Assembly: GCA_008080745.1 (NCBI GenBank)
Contig: SHMX01000001.1
Location: 159,359 to 223,358, forward strand
Source: Candidatus Thorarchaeota archaeon
Lineage (GTDB): Archaea > Asgardarchaeota > Thorarchaeia > Thorarchaeales > Thorarchaeaceae
Direction of reading: 5' to 3'
DNA: 64,000 nt
Of the stretch, positions 48,484 to 58,114 are shown one piece after another. The position numbers were made by a program, and so were the translations under genes. The notes beneath the pieces are model-generated. The model ran no database searches. It was not told the DNA's origin and worked only from the letters and a program-made list of their open reading frames with translations. Position 1 is the first letter of the stretch. Every line of letters begins with the position of its first letter.

Positions 48484-49593
48484 TTAGCCACTATGCGCTT
48501 CTTTCAATTTCGGAATCCAAGATCGAAACTCTTTATTCAAACGAGCAATATCGTTCTCATTTAGAGTCGCTGTAGCAGGATAGGACTTTAGCTCACGTGC
48601 AACTTTACCAAACTGAAATAGAACGGGAGAATGTACCTTGATCATCTCCGTGAGGGTGTCACGAGCTTTTTCGAGTGCCTCTGCCATTTTTACAGCCTCT
48701 GTCTGAGGTTTAACCATATCCAATAGAGATTGCATAATTTCGTCCATTGTTCCCTCAGGTTCATAATCCACAGAAGGTTCTTCTTCTCCAGAATCTTCAG
48801 CTTTCTTCTGTTTTTTTGATTTCGTTTCTTTTTCTTCAGGTGCATAACCGGTATCTACGAATTTGCCAATAACAGCAAGAGCCTCATTAACCTCTTTGAG
48901 GGTCTTGTTATACTTTCGTTCAATATCATCAAGCTGACGAACGATTATTCCTACAATCTCCTTGGTTTCCCCAAAACTGTCAGACAAATCACTAATTCGT
49001 TCTTCAAGAGTGGAAAGACTTGCCACATAGGACTGGAGTTCATCAATTTTCTTGGAGATGACCTCTGTTTGAGACCCGGAAGTGTCACCTACCTCTTTTA
49101 CACTGGTACACAGACCAGCTACCGAATTGATGATGTCATCCATCTTTTTGCGAATTTCCTTCTCACCCTCATCAGAAGAGGCCTCTTTAAGTCGCTCATC
49201 AACATCTTTCATTGAGATAAGAACATCATCTATTTTCTTGATAATGACTTCACCCTCTTTCGCATCAGTCATAGTCTTAATTCCAGTATCTATGCTCATT
49301 ATAGTGTTGGCAATATCTTCCATCTTTTGTCCCAAAGTTTGAATATCCTTAGATTCCTGAACCTTTTTGAGACCTGTATCTACATTTCTAACAGATGAAA
49401 GTAATTCATCAATTTTTGTTACTGGACTTATCTCCTTTTTCACAGCGTCCAAGTCAGAATCGATAGCATCAACTTTCTTAGCCAAGCTTGGAATAATGCT
49501 TACCGCCTTCAGCACCTCTCTAATAGCTGCAAGCTCCTCTGATATTCTATCTACTTTCTTTTCCAATTTCCCGATTGATGCTTCGTCCGACAT
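48484..49593 (-). CDS. coiled-coil repeat protein
   Basis: 369 aa; recurring about 20-residue units (LAKKVDAIDSDLDAVKKEI, IKKIDDVLISMKDVDERLKE, RKKMDDIINSVAGL, SKKIDELQSYVASL). Confidence 0.5.
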   Translation of the reverse strand: MSDEASIGKLEKKVDRISEELAAIREVLKAVSIIPSLAKKVDAIDSDLDAVKKEISPVTKIDELLSSVRNVDTGLKKVQESKDIQTLGQKMEDIANTIMSIDTGIKTMTDAKEGEVIIKKIDDVLISMKDVDERLKEASSDEGEKEIRKKMDDIINSVAGLCTSVKEVGDTSGSQTEVISKKIDELQSYVASLSTLEERISDLSDSFGETKEIVGIIVRQLDDIERKYNKTLKEVNEALAVIGKFVDTGYAPEEKETKSKKQKKAEDSGEEEPSVDYEPEGTMDEIMQSLLDMVKPQTEAVKMAEALEKARDTLTEMIKVHSPVLFQFGKVARELKSYPATATLNENDIARLNKEFRSWIPKLKEAHSG

Positions 49594-49695
49594 AGAGATC
49601 CCTACTCCAAGACTATGAAATCATCTTGTCTTATTACAATATTTAGGCTTTTGGTAAAAATCATCCGCGTATTAAAATTCTGATGATAGTATTAT

Positions 49696-50529
49696 TTAAT
49701 CTGATTTCAGTTCCTTTGCACGTATTATTTCAATCCCTAAAGATTCAATCATTGGAATGATACGATCACGTTGGTCAGAAGTGGTACCTTTCCAGTCAAG
49801 TATTGCTTGATTTACAGATTCGTGGGTTCTATTAACCATCTGAGATACCAAATCTTGGTTGATTTCATCAAGTACGTATTTTGGAGCCATATGGCTTATG
49901 TGAATATTTTCTTCTAGGACAAGACGATTGAATTTCGAGGCATAATGATTTCCCCCAAATGCAATAGATGCCCCTTTATTCATGGATACAGTGAGACAGT
50001 CGATAGCAGCAGCCGCTACTGCTTTAGCACCTTCAGGATGCTCCCAATATTCTTCATCAGAGCCAAGTTCAACAAATAACAGAGGTGTTTTCATACTGGT
50101 TGGACCATGATGAGTAACCTCAAGTGAAACATCAAATTCCGAAAGGTTACGATGATTTCGTTCTGAAAATAACCGTTTGTAAGCGGTTGAAACCAATGAT
50201 GCTGTAGATATTGAGAGCTCGTAGGGCTGTCCACCGAATGAGTCATCGGAGAGATAATTGCCAGTGCTATGCACCAGTAGAGCTGGTTTTGCTGATTTTG
50301 ACCTATGACGTGAGCAAAATATGAACACTTCTGCATCAAAATGCTCATCCAAATGGTCACACCGAATCAAATCACGTTCACTAGTGATAAGAATGGAATC
50401 TGGTTCGTGTGTATAGATTTCATTCCCTTCAAAAATTTCGCCATTTGAATGGAAACCATATTCATCGATTAGGACTTGCTTGATATTTTGACTAGCTGGA
50501 TCTTTTACTGAGGTTACTATTACCCTCAA
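49696..50529 (-). CDS. dtdA: D-aminoacyl-tRNA deacylase, archaeal type (DtdA/DTD2-like)
   Basis: 277 aa; FIFCSRHRS, VTHHGP, FVELGSDEEYW and FGGNHYA segments match the pattern I recall for the DTD2 family; recalled from memory, not searched. Confidence 0.55.
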   Translation of the reverse strand: MRVIVTSVKDPASQNIKQVLIDEYGFHSNGEIFEGNEIYTHEPDSILITSERDLIRCDHLDEHFDAEVFIFCSRHRSKSAKPALLVHSTGNYLSDDSFGGQPYELSISTASLVSTAYKRLFSERNHRNLSEFDVSLEVTHHGPTSMKTPLLFVELGSDEEYWEHPEGAKAVAAAAIDCLTVSMNKGASIAFGGNHYASKFNRLVLEENIHISHMAPKYVLDEINQDLVSQMVNRTHESVNQAILDWKGTTSDQRDRIIPMIESLGIEIIRAKELKSD

Positions 50530-51851
50530 ACTGCCTCACCTGATACAGGCTCGATACTACATTTCTGAAGAAGCGGTTCGAGGGTCTCACCATATTCAAT
50601 TGAAACCTTAGCACTAAAGGATTTTAGAAGTTCTTTCTCAATCCGAGATTTGTAATCTTTCATCTTTTCTAATTCACGTTCGATATCATCTTTCACGCGT
50701 AGCAAATCATTCTGATGATACTCTAGGTTCTTTCGAGCCTCCTCCACTTCAACCTTCAGTTTTGCATCTTTAGAGTAAACATCGGAGTCGGCAAATTCTT
50801 TTCGTTTGCGTTCTATTTCCTTTGCTTGTTCCTGAAGTTCAAAGAGTTCACCCTTCTTGATAGATTCAGCTTCTTCAATAGCACGCCTACCTAATCTGTC
50901 TTTCAGTGGAAATGCATCGGTCTCAACAGCTTGCTTCAATGCTTCAAGTCCTTCGATGAGACCTGGTTGTCCATCTGGCTCTTCTATTATTGCTTGGTAA
51001 GGATCTTCAAAATAGTCTAGTAATGCCTTTGATCCTGCTGGACTAACTCTAACCCCGTGATCGTGCTGAAGGAACTTTTTAACTGGTTTCTTAAGGGTGT
51101 TTAATTTCATTCGTAATAAGGTAGCAATACGATCGGCTTCGTCATCAAGATTTAGCAGGTCTCCAACATTGGACTTTTCAACAAAATCACTGTATTTCTT
51201 TTTAGCAGCCATATACTCTCCACGAGCATGGTCAATCTTCAAACGAACTTGTCTAATTTGCTCCTCGAATACGTCTCGACTGTATGTCATGTCGCGCAGA
51301 GTGTTAATCCTGGCATCTATTCGTTCCAAATCCTTAACCCAACTGTATTCGTATAGAAGTTTGCCAAGTATTTTCATATCGCGTGATAGGTCTTTCATTA
51401 GATTGTCCAATACTTTAATGGTGCTCTTGTGTTTCTTATCCATACGTTTAATCCATCGAGCACCTGCACCCCAAAGATCATTGATGAATTGTTGAATCTC
51501 CGCTTGCATATCCTCAGTACTTTCATAAGTAATATCTTGGTCAACCTCAAAACCATCCACTAACTCACGTAATTTCAGACCAAATCTAGTTGCAGTGCCT
51601 TCGCTATCCTCCTCGGTAGCCTCCTTCAGCAAATCTTTGGATAATTCTTCAATATCTTTCAGAGTTCGACCTACAGATTTGTAGCTCTTTTCTGCATTTT
51701 TTCGAAAGTCCTTAGACTTTTTCTTTAACTGTTTCCTATACCATTTAGACAAGGAGTCGATATCAAGTTGCGTCATAAGAAATGAACACCCATCAAACGG
51801 AAATTCTTCAAGCACTTTATCAACTTTACGAAGCATGTAGAATTGTTCCAT
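50526..51851 (-). CDS. coiled-coil protein, unknown function
   Basis: 441 aa, highly charged helical sequence; 4-nt overlap with dtdA. Confidence 0.5.
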   Translation of the reverse strand: MEQFYMLRKVDKVLEEFPFDGCSFLMTQLDIDSLSKWYRKQLKKKSKDFRKNAEKSYKSVGRTLKDIEELSKDLLKEATEEDSEGTATRFGLKLRELVDGFEVDQDITYESTEDMQAEIQQFINDLWGAGARWIKRMDKKHKSTIKVLDNLMKDLSRDMKILGKLLYEYSWVKDLERIDARINTLRDMTYSRDVFEEQIRQVRLKIDHARGEYMAAKKKYSDFVEKSNVGDLLNLDDEADRIATLLRMKLNTLKKPVKKFLQHDHGVRVSPAGSKALLDYFEDPYQAIIEEPDGQPGLIEGLEALKQAVETDAFPLKDRLGRRAIEEAESIKKGELFELQEQAKEIERKRKEFADSDVYSKDAKLKVEVEEARKNLEYHQNDLLRVKDDIERELEKMKDYKSRIEKELLKSFSAKVSIEYGETLEPLLQKCSIEPVSGEAV

Positions 51852-52113
51852 TAGTCGATATCCGTAGTCTTATATCAATCACAGAGTACTCGTACACAAC
51901 AAACAAACAGTGATTATCATGTCTGAGCTCTTAGATACGGGAAACCAATATCCAAGGCTCGATATAGAATATGCTGTCGAATGTGCCTCATGAGGAAAAG
52001 GTCGCAAAGGCTTCTATTTCAAACGCCTAAGTCTGATAGACGAGTCCAATGAGAATTGTCTACTACTTAGAAATCCTGCGGACTACAAAGCAGGTTTCTG
52101 GGTATCATACATA

Positions 52114-52719
52114 ATGAATGGTGAAATCCAAGTGTGTGGTTCAACTGATAGTGAAAGATTGAATCTCATCAGTCAAGAATATGATAAAGAACGGTATCAC
52201 TTCACATTGGAGAATACCCCGCTGTTTAAGGAATCACCAGTTCTGAAATTTGACATTGATGTGTGGAGTTACAACGAACCCTTCATGCTTATTCGTCATG
52301 TTACACGAAATGTTGGCGAAGAACAAATAGAGGATTTGAAAATCTACAACATCATGGACTTTGACATTGGAGGCCCCATAAGTTACAAAGATGATATGGG
52401 ACTCTATAATACCGATACAGGGGTCATTATGGTATACGATCTAAGCTCACTTACCGTAGCAATGACTGGTATACCACAACCAAATGGTTGGGACTTGGAC
52501 AAACCCACTAGTTTCAAACTAGAAGCAGACCGCGACCTTAGAGGAACCACAAAATTAGGACCACAAGATATTGCTACGGGATTGCAATGGGATCTCGGAA
52601 ATCTTGATCCTTGCGACTCGAAAAAATTAGAAATTGTTCTTGTTGCAGCCAAATGCCCTAATGAGGTAAATTCGCTCATAGAACGAGCCAAGAATATGTT
52701 CGATAAGAAGATGCAATGA
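52114..52719 (+). CDS. hypothetical protein
   Basis: 201-aa ORF, likely beta-rich; no motif recognised. Confidence 0.4.
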   Translation: MNGEIQVCGSTDSERLNLISQEYDKERYHFTLENTPLFKESPVLKFDIDVWSYNEPFMLIRHVTRNVGEEQIEDLKIYNIMDFDIGGPISYKDDMGLYNTDTGVIMVYDLSSLTVAMTGIPQPNGWDLDKPTSFKLEADRDLRGTTKLGPQDIATGLQWDLGNLDPCDSKKLEIVLVAAKCPNEVNSLIERAKNMFDKKMQ

Positions 52720-52878
52720 TGTAGCTGTGTAAAGCTAAGCAGCAGCTAAGGAGCAACGGGAAGCCCCCAATATCTTCTTCCGAACATCTTCCCATATGGA
52801 TAAATATCATTCCGAAATTGTATGAATTCTTCTATTTATTGGATAATAAAAAAAGGCTTGAAGGGACCTCAGCCCCTT

Positions 52879-53133
52879 CTATTCTTTCTGTTCTTCCAAA
52901 TACGACACCAATAGCATTGCTGGCGGGGTCAATTTGGAGGGCTCACCCTTGTTTTCAGAGTTTCCACCGGTGACAAGACCAAGATTCATCAAGGCACGAA
53001 GATTCCATTTTGCAGTAGAATAAGGAACCTTTGTTTTACAAGATAGAATATCTGCTAACCCGGTGATTGTTAGAACACGTGTTCTAAGAATTTCAGCACT
53101 AGCTACTAAGATGGTCTTTTGAGTGTCAGACAT
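52879..53133 (-). CDS. small winged-helix transcriptional regulator (ArsR/MarR-like)
   Basis: ITGLADILSCKTKVPYSTAKWNLRALMNLGLV helix-turn-helix pattern; start placed at internal MSDTQK because the upstream 48 codons of the ORF look non-coding. Confidence 0.4.
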   Translation of the reverse strand: MSDTQKTILVASAEILRTRVLTITGLADILSCKTKVPYSTAKWNLRALMNLGLVTGGNSENKGEPSKLTPPAMLLVSYLEEQKE

Positions 53134-53404
53134 TTTTTCTATTGCCAGACGGAAAAAAGCCTCAGCTAGACAATCAAAGGATATTTGAGATTCAGAACAA
53201 GTATTATTCGAGTAGACCTTCTGGCTACTGGAGAACACACTCACCTGGTAAGCGGATTTCGCACTCACCTGATGCATTCGTGACCCGATATCGATGGGCT
53301 TCTGAGTTGGTTTCGGTACCCATTGCGTTTTTCACCTCATTTTTCATTTGGGTCTAATCATGAAATAGGAAAGTGGACACTTAAGCATTACTAGTAATGC
53401 AGGT

Positions 53405-53899
53405 TTAGAGCATCTCTTCAGGTATCTCAAGTCCTAGAGTCCCCAACTTTGCAAATCCTTGTGAAAAGAGACTCATTTGATGACGTATCTCTTCCTCAGT
53501 ATCAATGATTCCCCGGAGATAATGTATTGCCTCCTCCAGACCCTCTGTCTTGTATTCTTCCATCATACGACCAAATTGATCGCTCATACCAAGCATGCTA
53601 TCCTGAATTAGCTGAGTAAGATCAATCATTGAGCGAACTGTGTTTCTGGCCTCATCTCCTGGCATGTATGGGAGGAAATCCTCTAAGGCTACTGCAGCGC
53701 CCTGGCACATATCTACTCGACCGGGGATAAGTTCGTCTTGCATCTTATGCATCCAGCCAAGAATTTCTCTGCTGGTTAGAGAACGAAGATTTTCCAAGTT
53801 GAAATATCCAGTCCAAGGACCGAATTCCTCAGCTTCATAGGATATCCAATCCTCGAAAGCGGTCAATACCCGTGCCCATCCTTCTGCGGTTTCAGACAT
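53405..53899 (-). CDS. hypothetical protein (helical)
   Basis: 164-aa ORF, no motif recognised. Confidence 0.4.
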   Translation of the reverse strand: MSETAEGWARVLTAFEDWISYEAEEFGPWTGYFNLENLRSLTSREILGWMHKMQDELIPGRVDMCQGAAVALEDFLPYMPGDEARNTVRSMIDLTQLIQDSMLGMSDQFGRMMEEYKTEGLEEAIHYLRGIIDTEEEIRHQMSLFSQGFAKLGTLGLEIPEEML

Positions 53900-53968
53900 A
53901 TATATCCCATTTTTGTGTCTGCATCCGAGGATATAAAGTAAAGCCCCAATAAAAATGAGTGATGAATT

Positions 53969-54631
53969 ATGAGTAAAAAGGAGTGGTTACTAGAGATATT
54001 GGAGAAAACAAAAAACGATACACAATTTGACGATCCACCAAAGTATATCATAGAGATATGCAATGAAATTGGTCTAAGAGGGTTAACGGATAATAGTATC
54101 GAATTATCACGGGAGCAGCGCATGGATGTAGCTAGATACACAGTGGCACAAGGAGTGCAAATAGAAACTGTAGTTGAAGGACTTACCTGGAAAGATTTTG
54201 AGGGGTTTATTGCATCCATCCTAGTAGAGAACACATACAAGTGTACGGAGAGCCTTCGCAGGATAGGTAATGAAACAGCAAAAGGAATGGAGATTGATGT
54301 TGTAGGAGTTAAGGGACGAACCATTCTGTCAATCGATGCAAAGATGTGGGGAATGAGAACAGGGAAGGCATCCGCTTTGAGAAAAGCTGCTGAAAAGCAA
54401 TTAGAAAGATCGTGTGAATTAGCCTCACAGTTATCTCTTATTCACAACCGAATACAAACACTACCTAGGGGACAATACACCATATTTCCCGTACTCACAA
54501 CATGGCTTGTGGAAGATATAATGATTCATCAAGGAGTTCCTATTGTCCCAATATTTCAAATCAACTCTTTCATATTGAACTTTGAAAATTATCAACATCT
54601 GATTCAATCATTTCAAGGAGAATTAAAATAA
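53969..54631 (+). CDS. PD-(D/E)xK nuclease-fold protein (Mrr-like restriction endonuclease catalytic domain)
   Basis: LTWKDFEGFIASIL...GMEIDVVGVKGRTILSIDAKMW follows the FE...(D/E)xD...K pattern of Mrr/Hjc-type nucleases. Confidence 0.45.
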   Translation: MSKKEWLLEILEKTKNDTQFDDPPKYIIEICNEIGLRGLTDNSIELSREQRMDVARYTVAQGVQIETVVEGLTWKDFEGFIASILVENTYKCTESLRRIGNETAKGMEIDVVGVKGRTILSIDAKMWGMRTGKASALRKAAEKQLERSCELASQLSLIHNRIQTLPRGQYTIFPVLTTWLVEDIMIHQGVPIVPIFQINSFILNFENYQHLIQSFQGELK

Positions 54632-54664
54632 AATTGAGGAGGAATTCCTCCTCATACTGTAGAA

Positions 54665-55660
54665 TTAATCAAAATCTTTAATCTCACCAGTTACGGTATC
54701 AATCATTCCTAGCCGGATGACCTCGATCTTGCTCTCATCGTAAGCAGGATATGTAGAGAGATTTTTCTTAATTGCTTCTGCTAATGAAAGAAGTCTCTTT
54801 TCAGGTGATTCAGGAGGTTCATCTTCAAAGCTCGATGCCTCTTGATTCAGAGTTTCAATAACTGGACGTAAATAGGTTCCATGAACATCTGACGGATTCA
54901 GAGATGCCTTGCCAGCACCACAGTGTTGTCCTTCTTCCTCAATCTTACCGTGTGGAATGAAAACAATATATTTCTTTGAACCTCCTGTCGCTTGCCAAGT
55001 TTCTAAGAATGCATTAAATTGGGCAGTTTCATCATCATCACCAGTATAGGCGGGAACATGACCACCTAAGGTTTGGATTGCATATGGTAATCCAGCATAT
55101 GTTAGCGGTGGGTGGACTCTTGAATCAGAACACACCAATATCATTACATCATCATTGACTGTAGTAGGTATTGTTGTTGCTCGTGATATAAGATGTTGTT
55201 CCACGGCCTGATTTCTATGGTATGAATGAGAGTGTGGAGAAACCTCTCCACTATTGTAGTTTATCTTGAGAGCTACAATAGGAATACCCTTAGTATCAGG
55301 ATTCTCAGAGACATTCTTCAATGATGCTTCAATTACGGCATCATCTTCGTCGTGTTCAAAGGTTATCACGATTCCATTCTTCTCGGGAAAGTGCTCATTA
55401 TATGCAGCCGGACCACTGAAAAAGATAGGCGTCTTATCACTCTCAGGTATTGATCGACCAGGCACTCGTGTACCTGAAAAAGCGTCACCCTGTTTGAGAT
55501 CAAAGAGCTGAAGGTCCTGGGCACCTCTCTTAATCGATGAGATTAGAAGAAAGCGTGGCTGTTGACCATTTGCTGCAATGTTCATTTTTTCTCGCAAAAT
55601 TGGATTGTTTTTACGTTCAACCCTAGTTGCTTTTGATATCTCGATAAGTTCGTTTATCAT
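54665..55660 (-). CDS. internally duplicated protein with beta-carbonic-anhydrase-like CSDSR motif in the second repeat (tentative)
   Basis: 331 aa; second half has ILVCSDSRVHP and IVFIPHGK...QHCG; first half has the degenerate equivalents LLISSIKRG and IVITFEHDED; spacing of the His/Cys pair deviates from canonical HxxCG. Confidence 0.3.
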   Translation of the reverse strand: MINELIEISKATRVERKNNPILREKMNIAANGQQPRFLLISSIKRGAQDLQLFDLKQGDAFSGTRVPGRSIPESDKTPIFFSGPAAYNEHFPEKNGIVITFEHDEDDAVIEASLKNVSENPDTKGIPIVALKINYNSGEVSPHSHSYHRNQAVEQHLISRATTIPTTVNDDVMILVCSDSRVHPPLTYAGLPYAIQTLGGHVPAYTGDDDETAQFNAFLETWQATGGSKKYIVFIPHGKIEEEGQHCGAGKASLNPSDVHGTYLRPVIETLNQEASSFEDEPPESPEKRLLSLAEAIKKNLSTYPAYDESKIEVIRLGMIDTVTGEIKDFD

Positions 55661-55961
55661 GTTTTGTCCCCATTTGTGTTATTGTGCGTAGAATCTCACA
55701 CCATGGACAGTAAAGGTCCCAGTTCTCTATGTGTTCAATTCTAGGTCCCAAGTAACAGATGAACATCGTGTTTTTGGTTTATAATGATTTTTTGTTGGTA
55801 AGTTGCCTTTTGCAAGTTACAGGTTATTTGGGTACCAATGAGTACCGGTTATATTATTTAACCTTCAATCATTAAATATTCTTGGTTTTTTTTACTAAAG
55901 GAAACTAGAAAAGGGAGGCACTCTGAGAATTCACAACGATATTATCTAGGGGTATCTGACC

Positions 55962-56846
55962 ATGCTGTTCTCAATATCATATCACGAAAATGTCAATAAT
56001 TGGGCAACCAAAAGTCTCATTGAGGCCATAAGAGGGAAAGGACACGATGTCCGACCTATCAGACTGGCAGATTTAGGTGCAGAGATTCCTCACAAATTTG
56101 TTCATCTTGATGAAGACATCTCAGATATTGCAGGTCTCATCGTGAGAACCATTGGTTTTGGAACAGGCGATCAGATTACATTCCGAATAAGTGTATTGGA
56201 ACAGTTTGAGGATGCTGGTGTCTATGTTATGAATCCAGCTTATTCTTTTAGAAGGGCCAAGGATAAGTATGCCACATTAACATCTCTCCACAAAGCTGGA
56301 ATATATGTTCCAAAGACATATGTTGGAGAGAATCTTGAGGCTGCAATGGAGTTTGTTGAGGAGGTAGGGGATGTGGTAATCAAACCACTTATCGGTTCTA
56401 GGGGTTTGGGTGCAATCAGAGCGGGTATGCCTGAATTGACATACCGTGCCATGAAATTCATCCATCAACTTGGGCAGGTTCTTTACGTGCAGGAAATGAT
56501 AGAAAAGCCCGATAGAGATATTCGAGCTTTTGTTATTGGGGGAAAACTTGTTGGAGCAATGTATAGATATCTACCAGAAGAGAATAGAGATGAATGGAGA
56601 ACTAATGTTCATGGCGGAGGAAGAGCGGAACTTGCTCAACTTGAACCAGAGTATGAAGAATGTGCAATCAAAACAGCAGAGGCACTCAATCTTGACTACA
56701 CTGGTGTGGATATAATTGAGTCAGAAAATGGTCCTTGTGTTCTTGAGGCAAATGCTTCTCCATCTTGGAGTGCTCTATCACGTGTCACGGATTTGGACGT
56801 TGCAGGAATGATAATTGACCATTTTATTGAAAAGTGTAGAAGATAG
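55962..56846 (+). CDS. RimK-family ATP-grasp ligase (alpha-L-glutamate ligase-like)
   Basis: 294 aa; ATP-grasp layout with VVIKPLIGSRGLG and central/C-terminal domains typical of RimK/LysX/MptN/CofF. Confidence 0.7.
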   Translation: MLFSISYHENVNNWATKSLIEAIRGKGHDVRPIRLADLGAEIPHKFVHLDEDISDIAGLIVRTIGFGTGDQITFRISVLEQFEDAGVYVMNPAYSFRRAKDKYATLTSLHKAGIYVPKTYVGENLEAAMEFVEEVGDVVIKPLIGSRGLGAIRAGMPELTYRAMKFIHQLGQVLYVQEMIEKPDRDIRAFVIGGKLVGAMYRYLPEENRDEWRTNVHGGGRAELAQLEPEYEECAIKTAEALNLDYTGVDIIESENGPCVLEANASPSWSALSRVTDLDVAGMIIDHFIEKCRR

Positions 56847-56944
56847 TATAATCAAAAGGTGATTGCAGGTATCTATCGTCTTATAAATTGTCAGAGAGCC
56901 GCTCCCAATGCAGTAAGTTGCAGACGAAAATTGGGGACTAAGCT

Positions 56945-57241
56945 ATGACATTATGCGGAAGGCCTGCCTGTATTTGCCTCTACAGAACACGTGATTGTTA
57001 TTTCTGTGATGTTGCAAGAGAGGTATTGGTCCGTGCAATCAAGGATACTGGAATTAAAGGTGTCAGTTATACTGAAGTAGATATAGACAAAAATCCTATG
57101 AATGGATTAGATGAGAGTCTTGCTCTGCCAGCAATCAGTATCTGCGATACAATTCTAACAGGTATACCAGATTTAGACTCGCTAAGTACAACATTAAATC
57201 GTTATATTCACAAAGATTGTTTTGCTGAATCGGGAATATAA
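56945..57241 (+). CDS. glutaredoxin/thioredoxin-fold small protein
   Basis: 98 aa; CYFC redox motif followed by TEVDIDKNP and LPAISI...TILTGIP as in small glutaredoxin-like proteins. Confidence 0.45.
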   Translation: MTLCGRPACICLYRTRDCYFCDVAREVLVRAIKDTGIKGVSYTEVDIDKNPMNGLDESLALPAISICDTILTGIPDLDSLSTTLNRYIHKDCFAESGI

Positions 57242-57268
57242 AAGTGAAAAACACTATAGACATGAAAT

Positions 57269-58003
57269 CTATAGTGTCTTGAGGATTTCTTCTACCTCAG
57301 AATTCTCAAGAATTTTGAATTTCTCTTCCTCTGTTGTGACTCGTCCAATCTCTACAGATTTAGCCTTCTCAACAGGATCAATTTCTGCTTTCTCACCAGT
57401 TGCTTTCAGCAGACCTTCAAGGGCAAGTTTCATTGCACCTTCGACATTGATTGTTGGATCGTACTTTTCCTTGAAGAAATCACGAACAACATCAGCATCT
57501 TTTCCGATAGCTGTGGCTTTCCAACCCCAGTATGAACCCGAGGGATCAGTAGTAAAGAGTTGGGGGCCTTCAAAATCTACACCACCCACAAGTAGAGATA
57601 CACCAAAGGGACGTACTCCACCATACTGTGTGTGAGCTTGTTTAGTATCACAGATGCTGACAACAAGTGACTGAACAGAAATCGCCTCGTCAAAGTTGAG
57701 CCGATACATCTGAGCCTGTCCCCGAGCCTCACCAATGAGTTTTCTTGCATCTGCATGCAGACCTGCAATGGCAGTTCCAACATGATCATCTATGAGTAAG
57801 ACCTTCTTCAGAGTGTCCAAGTCAACAAGAGCGTGTGGAGAACGTTTCTCACCAGCCAATACAACCCCATCTACACCTTTGACACCGACAGCAAGAGGTC
57901 CATAGCGAACAGCCTCCATGGCGTATTCGACCTGATACAGACGGCCTTCTGGCGAGAACATTGTTATGGCTCGGTCATAATTCGTGCTCTGTGCGGAAAA
58001 CAT
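57269..58003 (-). CDS. psmA: 20S proteasome alpha subunit
   Basis: 244 aa; N-terminal YDRAITMFSPEGRLYQVEYAMEAV is the alpha-subunit signature. Confidence 0.9.
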   Translation of the reverse strand: MFSAQSTNYDRAITMFSPEGRLYQVEYAMEAVRYGPLAVGVKGVDGVVLAGEKRSPHALVDLDTLKKVLLIDDHVGTAIAGLHADARKLIGEARGQAQMYRLNFDEAISVQSLVVSICDTKQAHTQYGGVRPFGVSLLVGGVDFEGPQLFTTDPSGSYWGWKATAIGKDADVVRDFFKEKYDPTINVEGAMKLALEGLLKATGEKAEIDPVEKAKSVEIGRVTTEEEKFKILENSEVEEILKTL

Positions 58004-58114
58004 GCTTTACTGACACTCCATTTGGTTTGACATCTTCCCAAGAGTCAATCAGTGAAAACCAAAGGGTGTGGCGTTTTTAAGGTTGTCTGTGTGTTTGTTC
58101 AACTCAAATTATAT

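Noticed and set aside
49082-49618. Plus-strand ORFs inside the 369-aa coiled-coil gene
   Set aside because: Ser/Ile/Phe-rich shadow frames; the minus-strand frame gives the coherent repeat protein
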